A stretch of 64,000 bases of DNA from positions 1 to 64,000 of the forward strand of contig JALDZS010000118.1 in assembly GCA_022813965.1 (NCBI GenBank), written 5' to 3'. The stretch is from Toensbergia leucococca (Eukaryota). Position 1 is the first letter of the stretch; every line of letters starts with the position of its first letter. Below, piece after piece: positions 26,499 through 40,093 of the stretch. The translations under genes were made by a program, and so were the position numbers. Under the pieces are notes generated by a model. The model ran no database searches, was not told the origin of the DNA, and saw only the letters and a list, made by a program, of their open reading frames with translations.

Positions 26499-29400
26499 AT
26501 GGATCATGCAGCCTGCCATGTTGTGTATGTTGACAAGCGAGCCCGCGAAAATAGATATATGAAAAGACCTGGACCATCATCGACATCACCGGAGGCTTCA
26601 AATTCTTATTCTGCATCTCCCAGTTTGCATGAGATTTTTGGCGAGCTTGAAGAGGTGCGGCTCAATATCGGCGCCATTTTATCAATATTCAATGGAGGTA
26701 TGTCTCCTCGAGCTTTGCAGCATAGAGTCTTGCCGGATCTATCAGAATCGCAGATCTAAGCTTTTAGCCCCTTGGTCGCCTACGAGCTGACACGAAGTAG
26801 TCTACATCTGTACCTCTGGTACTTCTTGCACGGCCAAGCTTAGTGAGCTTAACGAGTCTACCACCGTTGACTTCAAACCAGTGCTGGTCATCCTCGATAC
26901 GGTGCTGGATTTTGACGTTAAAGGTCGTCCAACGAGGACGTCTCGCGAGCTTTCTACTCCTTCGCCAACCTTCCAGCGTCCAGAGCTTTCCTCCCCGTTG
27001 GAGCCGGAGGATATTTACAGTTTGGCTTTGCTACAGTACATTTCTACCGAGGTCTCCCGGTCAGAATTATCTAAACTGATTGTGCCAATTGCCATGATTC
27101 ATTTCCAGGACCTTGATTCAGCTTCTCATTATCAGAGCCCTAGTAGTCGTCCGCATCGACCCTCAGACAGTTTCTCTCGGCTCGGTGAATCTACAGTATC
27201 AAGCCAATGGGAGACACCTGACCCTAGCGTGCCTGTGGAACCGAATCGGATGCTCAAATGCCTTGATGCCGGAGCAATAGATGTTCTCACCAGTCCACTA
27301 CAGAAAGACCGCGTCTACGGCTTGACCGCACATGCATACCGGGCGCATAAAGAGGCATCGAAAGACCAAGCTGCATTTCTTGCGACGAAGCGATTAAGGA
27401 AGCGATCTTGGGTCGGACTGGATGATGGCAAACCCTATGCATACCTCCGAGAATCAATGTAAGCATCTTTTATGCTCAGTGACCCGAATCCTATCATGGT
27501 TGCTATACGCATCGTTCTACCAACAGACAATGACCATCATAACTAGGGTTTCTGGTCTAATGACTGGTATCTGCAATCCCGAGGCAGTCCCACAGGCTTT
27601 TGACCATAGGTAGGTCGCTCTGCTTTGACTGACGCTCGGAATCATGACTATAGAGGACTTATTGAATCATCAGGGCACTGCACCTCCTCGATCAACAAGA
27701 ATCAGCTGTGCGGGTGGCCGTAGGCACCTGGAAATTTTCTGCTCATGACTTTACCGACGACCAGCTTGTTCATGCAGCTTTCCTAATGTTGCAACATGCA
27801 TTGAATTTGCCTGAACTCGAGAAGTTCCGGCTTTCAGCAGGTAAGGCTCTCGTGATAACGAGGCAATCATGCAAAAATGCAAGGGCCCGGGCTCTGACAT
27901 GTGTTCTGCAGATGACCTGAAGAATTTCCTCATGGCCAGCCGAGCTGCTTACAATGAGTTTGTCCTCTATCACAACTTTCGCCACGTTGTAGATGTGATG
28001 CAGGCCGTCTTCTATTTCCTCCTTCAGCTTGGCACTCTGCCTCCCTACCCTGCGGTGTCGACCCGTCGAGAAATTAACGCACCTTCTCCGATCGCGGACC
28101 TTCTTAAGCCATTCCATGCCTTGACGCTCCTCATTTCTGCAATTGGACATGATGTTGGACATCCAGGTGTCAACAATGCATTCATTGTGGCTCTTAATGC
28201 GCCACTTGCTCAGCTCTACAATGACAAGTCAGTGCTCGAGGCATTTCATTGTGCTGCATACTCCCAGATCCTCCGGCGCTACTGGAAACATGCTTTTGAC
28301 AACATTGCGTTGCGTGCGCTTCTGATCAACTCCATCTTGGCTACGGATATGGGATTGCATTTCAAGTACATGAGCGACCTCGGAAATTTGCAGGACAGGT
28401 ATCATCACAACAATGGTACCGAAGGGTGGAGCCCACAGCTTCTCGACCAATATAGGACACTCACATGTGGTTTACTCATGAAGTGTGCCGATATCAGTAA
28501 TGTGGTATGTCACCCAATCTATGCTTGCCGAAAGCTTCACTAATTTAACCTAGGCTCGGCCTTTCGACGTTGCAGCTAAGTGGACCGAGATACTCCAATT
28601 GGAATTTGCAAAGCAAGGCGAGATGGAAAAGGACGTTGGAATTCCGACCGCCTTGTTCGGTGGCCCTCCGGAGCTAGGAAACGTGGTCAAGTTAGCCAAC
28701 TCACAAATCGGCTTCATGAACATTTTTGCCCGGCCATTATTCGAGGCTATGACTGACATAGCGCCTGCCATGGTTTTTGCAGTGGACGAGATCAAGGCAA
28801 ATCTGGACGTTTGGAAAGGCACCATCGAGCAAGAGAAGGCAAAGGACAGATCGAAACCCAAGCTAGCCAAGGAAATGTCAGAAGGCTGGATGTCGCCTCG
28901 TTCGGGAAGCCCGAATCGATTAGCCAACCGGTCTGATCTGTCTCATCCAGAAGGGTTACCCGCGTCGGCGTCTTCACCTCTCGCCCCCACCCGTCTATCA
29001 ATGAGCGCACAGCATCTAGGCGTAGGACTTGAATCTCGTCGCTCTTCACAAGGTTCTTTCTCAGCCTCGAATGAGACACTCCAGCTTGGCTCTCAATCGC
29101 AATCTGAAAACCAATCTCGCCGTTCGTCTCTTGGGCTTCCTCTTGGGTACTCAGGACATTCACCTGACTCTGTCTCCAACTCCCGTCGATCATCAGGTGC
29201 GTTCCCTACTGCGAACACTCCGATTCAAGTTCTCACGACCAAGCCGTCAAGTAATACCGTACCCAGTCAGCTGCAGTCCGGCGTGAGAGCAGCTGCGTCT
29301 ACTGCACCCACGACGCCAGAGAATTCCAACCCTGCGAGACGCACCTCAGTCGATATGCTCTCGCAATCTCCAGCCAATGCTGCCGAAGTTTCTGGTGTAA

Positions 29401-29954
29401 GTCCACGCCGTGGAGATAGTTATGGTGGCCGTAGTGGGGGCGACATAATCCGCCGAGGTGACAGTCTTCGCGATACAAATACAAGCCCTACACGCTATAA
29501 TCAAGCACATCATAATCGCCATCCGAATAGTAACTCAATCCATCCAACCTCGGGTCATTCGTCAGCGTTTTCGAGTCAAAACGGCGATCCGCAAGCCGCG
29601 TTTGGTGCGCGGGCTAGTATCAGGCCGTTCAAACCATATTCCCCCGCTGAGACCCAAACTACAAATTTCTTGACCACCCACAGTGATGACAAGAGTTTCC
29701 ACGACGCTGAGGATTGGACGTCGACCAGCAAGAGTATGCCGGGTGTGGTAGATGTGGAGAGACTAGGTAGTGGATCTAGGCTCGGAGATGATATTGGAGA
29801 GACGGAAAACAGTGTCGAGACTAGTGTCATCAATGGAAATGGGGGCTTTATGGGTCGGGATGGCTCTGGCGACTTGACTGCCTCCAGGAAGAGTTTAAGA
29901 TTTCGCTTTGATTTCTGGAAAAAGAAAGGGAAGGCGATGGACGCAAGTCCGTAA
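26499..29954 (+). CDS. pdeH: High-affinity class I cAMP phosphodiesterase; introns about 26698-26800, 27459-27546, 27610-27673, 27841-27911, 28505-28553
   Basis: YHNFRHVVDV, HDVGHPGVNN, LYNDKSVLEAFH, ILATDM, KCADISN, QIGF motifs; Ser-rich C-terminal tail. Confidence 0.93.
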
Positions 29955-30553
29955 GGTACGTAGGTCAATACAGCATGGATGAAATGGGAGCAAGGAAAAA
30001 GGGCGGGGCTGCTCGTGGCGTTCTGTCATTCTGGCGATCTGCAAATACCCTAGGCGTTCTCTGGCTGGCAGGCTTCGTGCGTGCCATTTTCACAACATGA
30101 TGTATGTACTACGAGCTATGAAGGCTGTCGTGGGCGGGAGGCTTGACGCATATGGGTGGCACCAGCACACTCTTGCTCGGAAGAATATTCCTTGGCCGGG
30201 CAGGCGGGAGTCGATTACAGAAAAGGGACGAAGAACCAGGAGGTGAAGGCTGGTAAGTCAACGTGGAATCGGTCATAAATGTTCCCCGTGTTGACTACTT
30301 GAGCTGTATATTACTCCTCACGGCGATCCCCGAGTAGGGTTTATGACAGCGTGCTAGATGAACACTGGCAACAAATAGACATGAGGTCAGGACTAATTCT
30401 GCATAGATCAGAACCATGTGTGTGTGTTTAACAAAGACCTTTTCCCGAGACAGTGAGTTAAAAGCACCAATCAAAATATGTTCACAGTTGAAAAGTCAGA
30501 ACATCATTTCAAGTATCCGTTTCTCTTATTATTGTACAGCTGCATCACCATTT

Positions 30554-31668
30554 TCAAATGCAATCTTCACATACGCTCCCATCGGTTTCTCTCGTGGCAT
30601 GTCGTTCTGCTCCCCGTCGCTGTCCATGGTTACCAACTATATCTGTGCCAGCATCGATTTCAGTCACTGGCTGCGAGTCCTGCTGCTGCTGAGGTTTCCT
30701 TTTTCCGTCCACGTGTCCCAAGTCTCGATCTGGATCGATCACGTCTCGAACAAGCTTTTTCAGCTCTTTCGTTTCTGACACAGTCAGAATTAAAATCAGT
30801 ATGTATCATGAGCTCGAACGATGGCCATTTCAACTCTAGAGCTACCTTGTTGCTATGTCTTCTCTTACTGAACACAAAATGTTGATCAAGGGAGTAACAA
30901 GACGTTGAAGTAGACGACATACCTGGAAATGCACCTTCCGTCTTGCGATCCCATAATCGCGCAGTGTGAATAGTCAGATTTTGGCGCACAACAGTGTTTG
31001 AAGCAGATTGAAAATCAATCTTCGGATGTGGACCCGCATAGACGATGTCGACGGTAAATACCCCCCCTGTGGAGGGAATGAGAGATACCTCCCCAAGAGA
31101 TGCAGAGAATGTGGACAGGAGCTCCTGGGCGAACTGTAGGGGGTGAGGACAAGTATTAGCTTAGGGTCTCAAGGAGCAGTCCAGTCAAGAACATCAGAGG
31201 TTTCGAGAAAAAGGTCAGAATGAGAAGTCGAAGAGTTCTTTGAGCTTATGGTCAACGACTGTCGATTTCTCTGAAACGGTACTTTGGATCATATTCATAT
31301 CGATGCTGCCGTACGGTTGCATGGTATAATATAGACGTTATATGATATGGGCGCCGGTCCTGTTTGACCACTAGAATAGCTGGAAGGATAGATCGGGTTG
31401 GAGTTGTTAGGGAGCGCAATAGTAGCATCACGGAGGGAAATACAAAGCCTGCAAGGGACATTGCAGCAAATGAGAGACAGTCCCATTCTGTACTCGTATT
31501 CTTCAATCCTCAATCCTCATTCTCTATGAACGAGCGTCGCTAATGGGGTCCACTCACATATGCTGCGCGAAGATTCCATTTGCACTGAGTGCAGAATTGG
31601 ATTGTGACGCGTGGCAGGGATACTGGAGCCAGGGCTTCCGGCGAGGCTGCTTGGCTTGTCGAAGCCAT
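30554..31668 (-). CDS. SelT/SelW/SelH (Rdx family) thioredoxin-like protein, Cys form; exons 31668-31558, 31133-30923, 30774-30554
   Basis: Spliced translation MASTS...PRVTIQFCTQCKWNLRAAY|FAQELLSTF...GEVSLIPSTGGVFTV...LWDRKTEGAFP|ETKELKKLVRDVIDPDRDLGHVD...CEDCI. Confidence 0.88.
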
Positions 31669-32321
31669 TGTATCAACGTCTCCCGAAAGAACTTCTAGCA
31701 CCTTCGGGTTGCCTTGCTTGGAAATAGATGTCGTTCATGCCGGTCATGTCAGTATCATTGTATCAGGGTCCTGGACATGAAACTAGCCGTAATCACGTCA
31801 TGATGTTGGTTTGTAAGGTGCTTGTAAATTCAGTCGGCTCTCCCTAGAACTATCTACAGAAAAATGAAAATCCCAAACTAGAACGGAAACCTCAGAGTAG
31901 ACCCACAGCAATAGCTTTTTCTTCCCAAGATGAATCTAATGAACCTTCTGAAGCGTCGACGACCATCATAGACACGTTTTAGGAGCCTCTTAATGGACAT
32001 TGATCCCGATAAAGAAAAGGCAGACCTCCTCCCCTAGGCCTGAAGTGGCACCCATGTAGTTGCCACCTTGAAATTAAGAAAGGCGCTGTGAAAAAGTGAT
32101 TCGTCGGTACGAAATCAGTATGACAAGTTGGGTGGAATGGCATCGTCCGTCCACCCACATCTTCTCCTTCCTATCCGAGCGCAAGATTACCAACGAAAAG
32201 GTCCGTGTAGTGTGGGGATGAGCGGGATTCAGAGCTCATGTATTTGGTATAGAAGGGAGCAGGTCAAAAAGCCGGAGAACGCCATGCTCATCGTAGTCAA
32301 ATCGCATCGAGAAAAGCTCCT

Positions 32322-32758
32322 TCACATTACCGAGCAACACCCGTTGGCTTGTTGCGGTGCGTATGGATCATCGCGCTTATCGACCTAGCCATCGCGAAAC
32401 GAGATCAGCCTTGCGACTCCAAGCTTAATATAGCCTTAAAGCGTGTTAGGAGAGTAATGTCTACCTGACCCCAAATAGACGGTACCATGAAATCTTTCGT
32501 ATTGGTGCAGTAGGAAATCAATCTGGATCGAGAACATATGTCAGTATAGCCCAACCACGGTAGCTCCTCTTCGCTGTCGCATGTGTTGATAAGGTGAGCA
32601 TACGATGTGGAAGCTTCAGACACCTTGATCCGCGGACGTTCCAAGTCCTCCTTGAGTCGCGAGTTCAGCTCGTTCAGACGGCGGAGTTTCAGGTCGGCCA
32701 TGCTCTGCTTCTTGTTCCTGACGTCGCCCCCGGCTCGTATTTCGTAGGCGCCCGCCAT
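32322..32758 (-). CDS. gpgA: Heterotrimeric G-protein gamma subunit; exons 32758-32604, 32522-32465, 32384-32322
   Basis: [34 protein letters not shown]...DFMVPSIWG|...[16 protein letters not shown] with a CAAX end. Confidence 0.95.
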
Positions 32759-33268
32759 GGCGGAGAACAATTAAAGTGGGTCGCCCGAAGGATTAGCCAA
32801 AGCCCCGGCCAACGTTTCCGAGTTCTCTGCCAACAAATTGGGGGATGGGGGCAATGATTGAGATGAGTCGAGGTAGCAGTTGTGTCGTGTCCCAGATACC
32901 TGAAGCGTTTGCACGACAGATCGGTAGCCCTACGGTCCGATTTTAGTCCGATATTGCATACTCGTTTCTACGGAGGAGGGAGTACACTCACAAGGTGATA
33001 TATCACTGTACCGGTAGGCTCAGAATGAGTGTCGTCAAACAGGGTCACTCTCCAGGCCTACTAGGTCCTATAGCCATTCTCATTTTAAAATCACCGCCAT
33101 GCTGTTGTGCTGCGTGATTGGTCTCGTAGATCGTGGGTACTCCGTATAAAACGGGGTTCCGTACTCCGTACGGAGTACTCTAATGGAAAAGGGTCCTTAG
33201 CGCAAAGTTCCAACTGGCGCACAATTCCAAATTCCGGCCCTGATCGACTCTTCCATCAAGCACAGAAT

Positions 33269-36200
33269 ATGCCTCCTCCACCAAACACCAAGCCAGAGAA
33301 CGTGCTCAAGGTTTGTTGCTGCCGATATGTTTACGCGTTGCTTTACTGACTATCTAATGATCCACAGCGAGCCCAAGAGCTCATTGCAGTCGGGCAGTCT
33401 TCGGCTGCTCTGACAATCCTGCATGAGCATGTCACATCCAAGAGGTCCCGGAATAGTCCTATCACATCCCTAGAACCTGTTATGGTTCTATTTGTTGAAC
33501 TTTGCGTCGATCTAAAGAAGGGAAAACTTGCAAAGGATGGACTATACCAGTATAAGAACACCGCCCAGAACACTAATGTCGGGACTATCGAAGTGAGTCG
33601 GAATCCTATTCCGTTCAGTCTCAAGGATACTACTGACGAAACCTCTTCCAATGTCTAGCTGGTTCTCAAGAAGTTCATTGAGCTTGCTGAGCAGAAAGTT
33701 ACTGAAGCTCAAGCCAAAGCTGACGAGGTTCAATCATCCCTTGAGCCTACCGCTTCTGGCGAAAATGTGGAGGACCTCGAAGCTATTGAGACTCCCGAAT
33801 CTATCCTCCTTTCCACCGTGTCAGGTGAGCAGTCGAGGGATCGAACAGACCGAGCCATCGTTACTCCATGGCTAAAGTTCCTGTGGGAGACTTATCGCAC
33901 TGTATTGGAAATATTGAAGAACAATGCACGCCTCGAAATTATGTACCAAGCAACTGCTCTGCAGGCGTTCCAGTTCTGTCAGAAGTATGCACGAAAGACC
34001 GAGTTCCGCAGACTGTGCGAGTTACTCAGAAACCATGTCCAGAATGCAGCCAAATATCAGTCGCAGATGCACGCGATCAATCTCAGCGATCCCGATACCT
34101 TGCAGCGCCACCTTGATACCCGATTTCAGCAATTGAACGTCGCGGTTGAGCTTGAACTCTGGCAGGAGGCGTTCCGCAGCGTTGAGGATATTCACACTCT
34201 TCTCAGTCTGAGTAAACGTCCTGCAAAAAATATAATGATGGCCAATTACTATGAGAAACTTACAAGAATTTTCCTCGTCAGCGAAAACTATCTGTTCCAT
34301 GCGGCCGCGTGGAGCAGGTACTACAACCTCCTACGTCAATCTGCTAGCATCATTGCTTCAGGACAGAGCTTGAAGAAAGACAACCCCGCAGTCACGGAAG
34401 GAGATATGGGTAGGGCAGCATCATTCGTTTTGCTATCAGCTCTATCCATCCCGGTCATCAGTACTTCTCGTTCCCGAGGAGCATTGATCGATATTGACGA
34501 AGTTCGTAAGAACAAGAACAATCGTCTTACTAGTTTACTCGGCATGTCCCAAGCCCCTACACGAGCCGTCCTTTTCAAAGATGCCATGAGCAAGGGCTTA
34601 TTGAAGCGCGCTAAGCCAGAAATCCGCGAGCTGTATCAGATTCTCGAGGTTGATTTCCATCCATTATCTATTTGCAAGAAAATTTCCCCTATTCTTACAC
34701 AGATCGGGTCTGACCCTGAAATGGAGAGATATGTCTTGCCATTACAACAAGTAATCTTGACAAGATTGTTCCAACAACTGTCGCAAGTATATGAATCGGT
34801 GGAGCTAAAGTACGTGTACGAACTCGCTCAATTCCCGGACCCCTTCCAAGTGACGTCTGGCACTATCGAGAAGTTCATCATGAATGGATGCAAGAAAGGT
34901 GATTTAGCAATTCGTATCGACCATGCCACTGGCGTTCTTACCTTCGACTCTGACGTCTTCTCTTCCGCAAAGGCATTACATCCAGGCAGCGGCGCTGGCT
35001 CTGCAGAGGCCGAGACTATCTCGGTGCAGCGACTACAGAGCACTCCAGCAGAGATTGTACGCTCTCAGCTTACCCGTCTAGCAAAGTCGCTCTATGTTAC
35101 CTGCCAATACGTTGACCCCAGCTTTAACGAGGCTCGCCAACAGGCCAAGGCAGCAGCGTTTGCAAGAGCGCACGCAGGTGCAGAACAAGAGCATCAGGAA
35201 ACATTAACCAGGCGTGCCGTAATAGAGAAAAAGAAGGAGCTGGCCTCTGATGCTTTGCAAAAGAGGCAGAAGGAAGAGGAAACCCGCAAACGCGTACTTG
35301 TTCAACAGCGAATCGAAGCCGAAAATGTACGATTAGCACAGGAACACAAAGATCGGGAGAGTAAGCGTCTCAAGGACGAGCAAGATCGGATTCGCCGAGA
35401 AAATATTGAAAAGGAAATCAAGGATCTCAAGAATGTCAAAGGTATCAACCTTGGGGATGTGGATATTAGTGATCTCGATAGCAACCGCCTCCGAGCCCTT
35501 AAAATCTCCCAGCTCGAAAAGGAAAAGAATGACCTCAACAAGAATCTCAAAGTCACAGGGAAACGTATAGATCATCTAGAACGTGCGTTCAGAAAAGAGG
35601 AGATAAAATTATTGCCTAAGGATTACGAGGCACAGCGAGGAAGAGACTTTGCCGCTTATGAGAAATTGAAAGAAGAAACCATGAAAGGGTCCGAAAGAAA
35701 GCACAAAGAAGATGTTGCACTCAAGCATCGTCTTGGGCGGTTAGTACCTGTGTATGAGCAGTTCCGTAAAGAGCTTGAAGAACGACGACACGAGGAATTT
35801 GAAAGGCGAAGGAAGAATGCTGACAAAGAATTCCAAAACGCGGTTGAGAAGCGGAAGCGCAATGTACGAGATACAAAGGCTCGTGAGCTCCGAGAGCGCG
35901 AGGAAGCCGAAAAACGTGCTCGTGAGGAGGAGGAGAAGATCGCGAGGGAGGCTGAAGAGAAAGCAGCCGAGGAAGAGGAGAAGAAACAGAAGGCTGCCGA
36001 TGCCAGGACTAAGCGAGAGGCTGAGCGAAGGTATGCTTTTTATCGCTTAGAATATTGCTACCCAATGCTGACAACAACTGCCACAGGGGACTCGATGAGA
36101 AAGCTGCGATTCAGCGTAAGCGAGAGGACGAGGCCGAAGCCAAACGCGCAAAGAAGACTGCCGGAACACGTATGCCTGAGCGCTCGGCTCCAATTCGTGC

Positions 36201-36732
36201 CGACTCCTCCGAACGCCCATCTGGACCTCCCCGCCTCGCTCTTGCAGGCAGCAAGCCGAATTGGCGAGAGCGACAAGCACAGAAAGAAGCTGAAGGTGCC
36301 GCTGGTGGCGCGCAAGCTTCATCGACAGCACCTCCTACTGATATCGCTACCGCAGAGGGCCAATTGCCAAAGAAGACGAGCTACCAGCCACCTGCTCTAC
36401 GGGGCGATACTGCGCCCCGTGGGCGAAGTGATGGTCATCCAGCTTCAACGCCTCGTGACCAGAGCTCCGGAGGAGACGCACCGGCACGATGGCGTACTGG
36501 TGGACCACAGACTGGCTCGGGTCGCGATGAGTCTTCAGCCGACGGACCAGCGCCTCGCTTTCTCGCACCTGGACGAATCAAGCCAGATGGTCCTGGGCCA
36601 AGATCGCAGTCGCCCGCTGATCCATCTGGGCTGTCGTCATTGGTACCAGCAAGGATAGAGAGTCCAGCTGCGAGTCCAGCACCAACTCCTGGGAAATATG
36701 TCCCTATGCATTTGAGGAACAAGGGCGTGTAG
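33269..36732 (+). CDS. TIF32: Translation initiation factor eIF3 subunit a; introns about 33311-33368, 33593-33658, 36031-36086
   Basis: [51 protein letters not shown] region, coiled coil, C-terminal GKYVP. Confidence 0.96.
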
Positions 36733-37151
36733 AAGATTGGATCACTCGGTTGAGTATTAGTGGGTAAGGTTGACAGAGCGATTCAGACTTTCCTTCTTGG
36801 ATTGTATACAGCGGTCGAGACAATGAAGGATGGACGTGGATCATTCCTTGGCTATGGCTTCAGCGAGAGAAATGCAAATTAAAGGATGCGAGCTTCTGAA
36901 TTTCCGATTCAAACCCATGTCATTTCTATACAAGAACAGAATTTGTATCATAGAGCGAGCAAGTGCCAGTACTTGCTCCGAGGCCTGATCTGATACTGCG
37001 GAGTGACAAATATTGCACGCAAATAGATGGCGTTTTGAATCTGGGGCTATTGACATGTCGAACCCGGTCTTCAATCTATATCGGGACTTTGCACAACGCA
37101 GGCCGTCCCTCGGACGATCTCACGTTGGGGAAGTCGGACGGTCCACTCCAA

Positions 37152-38454
37152 TCATCCAGCGCCCACTTCCACACCCGCTAAGATAACCTCTTTCCCAACC
37201 AGGCTAGCCCTCCAGCCTCTGCATACCTCTTCAAACCCTCCCATAATCTCTCCACACACCCTTGCGCACTCTCTCTTCGCTAGTTTTTCCTCCCATCTCC
37301 CTCGCTCCACCCACCTTATGCTTTCCTCCCGCGCCTCCGTCTCCCGCTTCATGTCGATCGCCATTTCCGTTGCACACCTGAGACGCCGGGACGCCAAAGA
37401 CGTGGTCTGCCGCATCATATGTAGGGTGTCAGAGAGATAAGAGAGCGTAGATAGGAGGTCCGCGGTGGAAGTGCGCAGGCAGAGGAGGGAGGAGAGAGGG
37501 TCCGGATTTGGTGCCGGCATTTGACGTGTCAATTCAGACAGCAGGGGAAGGAGGAAATTATGGACTTCAAAGACTGGAGGAGTGGGAAGTGGGTAGAAAA
37601 GAGGCTGAGTGAGGGTTTGGAGGAGGCGGCTTTGGTGCTTGAGATGAGCTGTTAGGACCGTATAGGCGGTAATGAGACTGGGGACTCATAGATGAGCCAA
37701 TGTCTTGCGTGTTCAGAGCGCCGTGGCGAAATACATATGTAGCTTACCAGGTTGCGCCGTATTCAACGCCAGATTGAGGACTCAAGTTTTTAAGAGAATT
37801 GGCCACGCGTACGACCACTGTGTCAATTTCGCTGCTGTTTGACTGAACACCTTGACGTGCAAGCTCCTCAATGACAGCCATGCGCGCTTCAAGCGACACA
37901 GAAATCCATTTCGATTCTGGCATCTCTAAGTCGTAGCCAGTATCTGAACCGTCGTGTTCTGAATGTCTTGGTCGTTGCTTCGTACATGTCAAAGATTTGG
38001 GCGGGCTCGTGGGGAGATTAGGTATGGACAGCGAGACTGGTGACGAGACAGCTTCAACGCTCAAGTCAGAAGGTTCCTTAAAATGAAACTGCTCTGATAG
38101 CCCAGTGCTTGTGTCGGCTTGCTCATTTTCTACGTCCTGAAAATAGGACAAGCCATCTGGGCTTCCGCCTTCTTCCTCGCCATCGTCATCCCACGCTTCT
38201 GCCAGTTCATCTGCTAAGCTACCAAGCCCTTTCACCGAAATTGTCGCACTGCCAGGCCCATTCGAGGCGAGAAAGTCGGTATTCCGATCGAGCGAAGATT
38301 TGGGTCGAGGATACGATGGTGACGGTTTGGAATGCAACGAGGATCTTCGAGATCTGATAGGATTGCCGTAACCTTGCGAACTCGCTGATGTGAAGGACGC
38401 ATCAATACTAGAAGACGGACGAGGCCGCGAGGGTGTGCAGGGTGAGGAAGACAT
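37152..38454 (-). CDS. Conserved fungal hypothetical protein; intron 37747-37678
   Basis: Two ORFs joined by a GTAAGC...CAG intron; LGSLADELAEAWDD and WEEKLAKRECARVCGEIMGGFEEVC motifs. Confidence 0.75.
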
Positions 38455-38803
38455 CTTCAGCGATCAGAGGACCTCATGAAAGTCAATCTAAGCGACACCA
38501 CGTCTGAGCTGCTACCGCCCTGGCTTCTTCAATTGCGCCTCGGAAGTTGGTTAGAAACTGGCATGCAGATGTGTCTGTATTGAGGAACACTCCGTACGTA
38601 TGTTTTGAATCAGCCGAAGTGTGGGCTTTCATAGCAGATGCGTTCCGCTAAAACTCCTCCACATGTCAAAGCCGTATTTATACGGATTCTGGAAGTGAGT
38701 TTGAGTATAACAGGCTCAATCAGCTTGTAATCCATCCCCTAGACTTTCTCTCGAACGCGAAGCTTCCCTAGAATACCTCTTTCTTTCAACCGTCAACCTC
38801 ATC

Positions 38804-39504
38804 ATGACGGCCGTGCGTGCTTTTCAACCACAGGATCTCCTTAAAACTAATCTCACCAATCTCGATCCACTCACCGAAAATTATGACGCGAGGTTCTACT
38901 TTGAATACTTGATCAAATGGCCCTCGCTCTTTACTGTTGCCGAGGACCAGCATGGCCAAATCACCGGGTACAGTATGTAGACGAGCCATCAAGTCTCCAA
39001 GTCATGGCTGATTTACTCCCTTCTACCAAGTGATGGGCAAGGTTGAAGAAGATCCAGAGTGGATCAGATTTACCGACAATTATTTGCCATGGCATGGTCA
39101 CGTCACGGCACTCACAGTTGCTCCGCAGTATAGGCGGCTGGGTCTTGCGAAGGTCTTGACCGAAGCTCTGGAAAGGGGCTGTGAGGAGCAAGATGCATGG
39201 TTTCTTGATTTGTTCGTTCGAGAAGGTAACCACACGGCCGTTGGTCTATACACGGGATTGGGGTAAGATCAATTCAATTCAATGCTTATTTATTATTGGG
39301 CAATATGCTTACATACTGCCCACTGTCAGATATAGCGTCTATCGACGTGTGGTAGATTACTACAACGACGATCCAGCTGGCAGAAAGGCCGGCGAAGACG
39401 CATTTGACATGCGTAAACCTCTCAGTAGGGACAAGAAGCGTCAACACATAAGGAAGAATGGCGAGAGCTTCAGGATCAATCCTGAGGACCTGTACCACGG
39501 TTGA
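38804..39504 (+). CDS. NAT3: NatB N-terminal acetyltransferase catalytic subunit (2 introns)
   Basis: NLTNLDPLTENY, PWHGHVTALTVAPQYRRLGLA, FLDLFVR, YSVYRRVVDYY, EDAFDMRKPL. Confidence 0.94.
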
Positions 39505-40093
39505 AAGTCCAATGCTCTGGTCTAAACTCATGTTTTCTTGATGTCCCGCTCGCGTCATTAAAGGGTTTTTTTGCGAGAAGTAGAGAAAGGGCAAAGCTCG
39601 AAGCTGGAAGCTACGACACAATCAGACATGCACGAGATTTATGTATCCTTCAAGCTGCCATCCATTAGAATGAGTCTCAAGTTTAATAGCAAGAGTACAT
39701 CCGACTTCTTCCCATGGGCCTGGAAGGAAGAGTCGGGGAACTGAATGACAGATTACGAAAAAGTAACTCCAGAGGGAATGGCGCTATTAAAGATCTGCCT
39801 TTTAATGCAGAAACCATGTGGCTCGCAGGGACTGGACAGTGGTGCTAGGCTTTTCTGAAGCACCCCAGAGTCGTTGATCCAGTTGAGGGTTAGGAGTTGC
39901 TTCAAATTTAGACTTCTATGAAGCCCATGTACGAATCCAATTACTTCAGTCCACTCATCCAGGACCTTACATGCAGACTGCGGTATCGTTGAGCCTATCG
40001 TTTTACAACTGCCTCAGCCTTCATAGTAACTTCACCTTCGTGCAGACCATTTCCTGTCTTCGAGACAAAAACAGAAATGAGTCACTCGACCAT

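Noticed and set aside
31134..31557. Intronic C/D snoRNA
   Set aside because: No clean RTGATGA box with matching CTGA and terminal stem found by eye.
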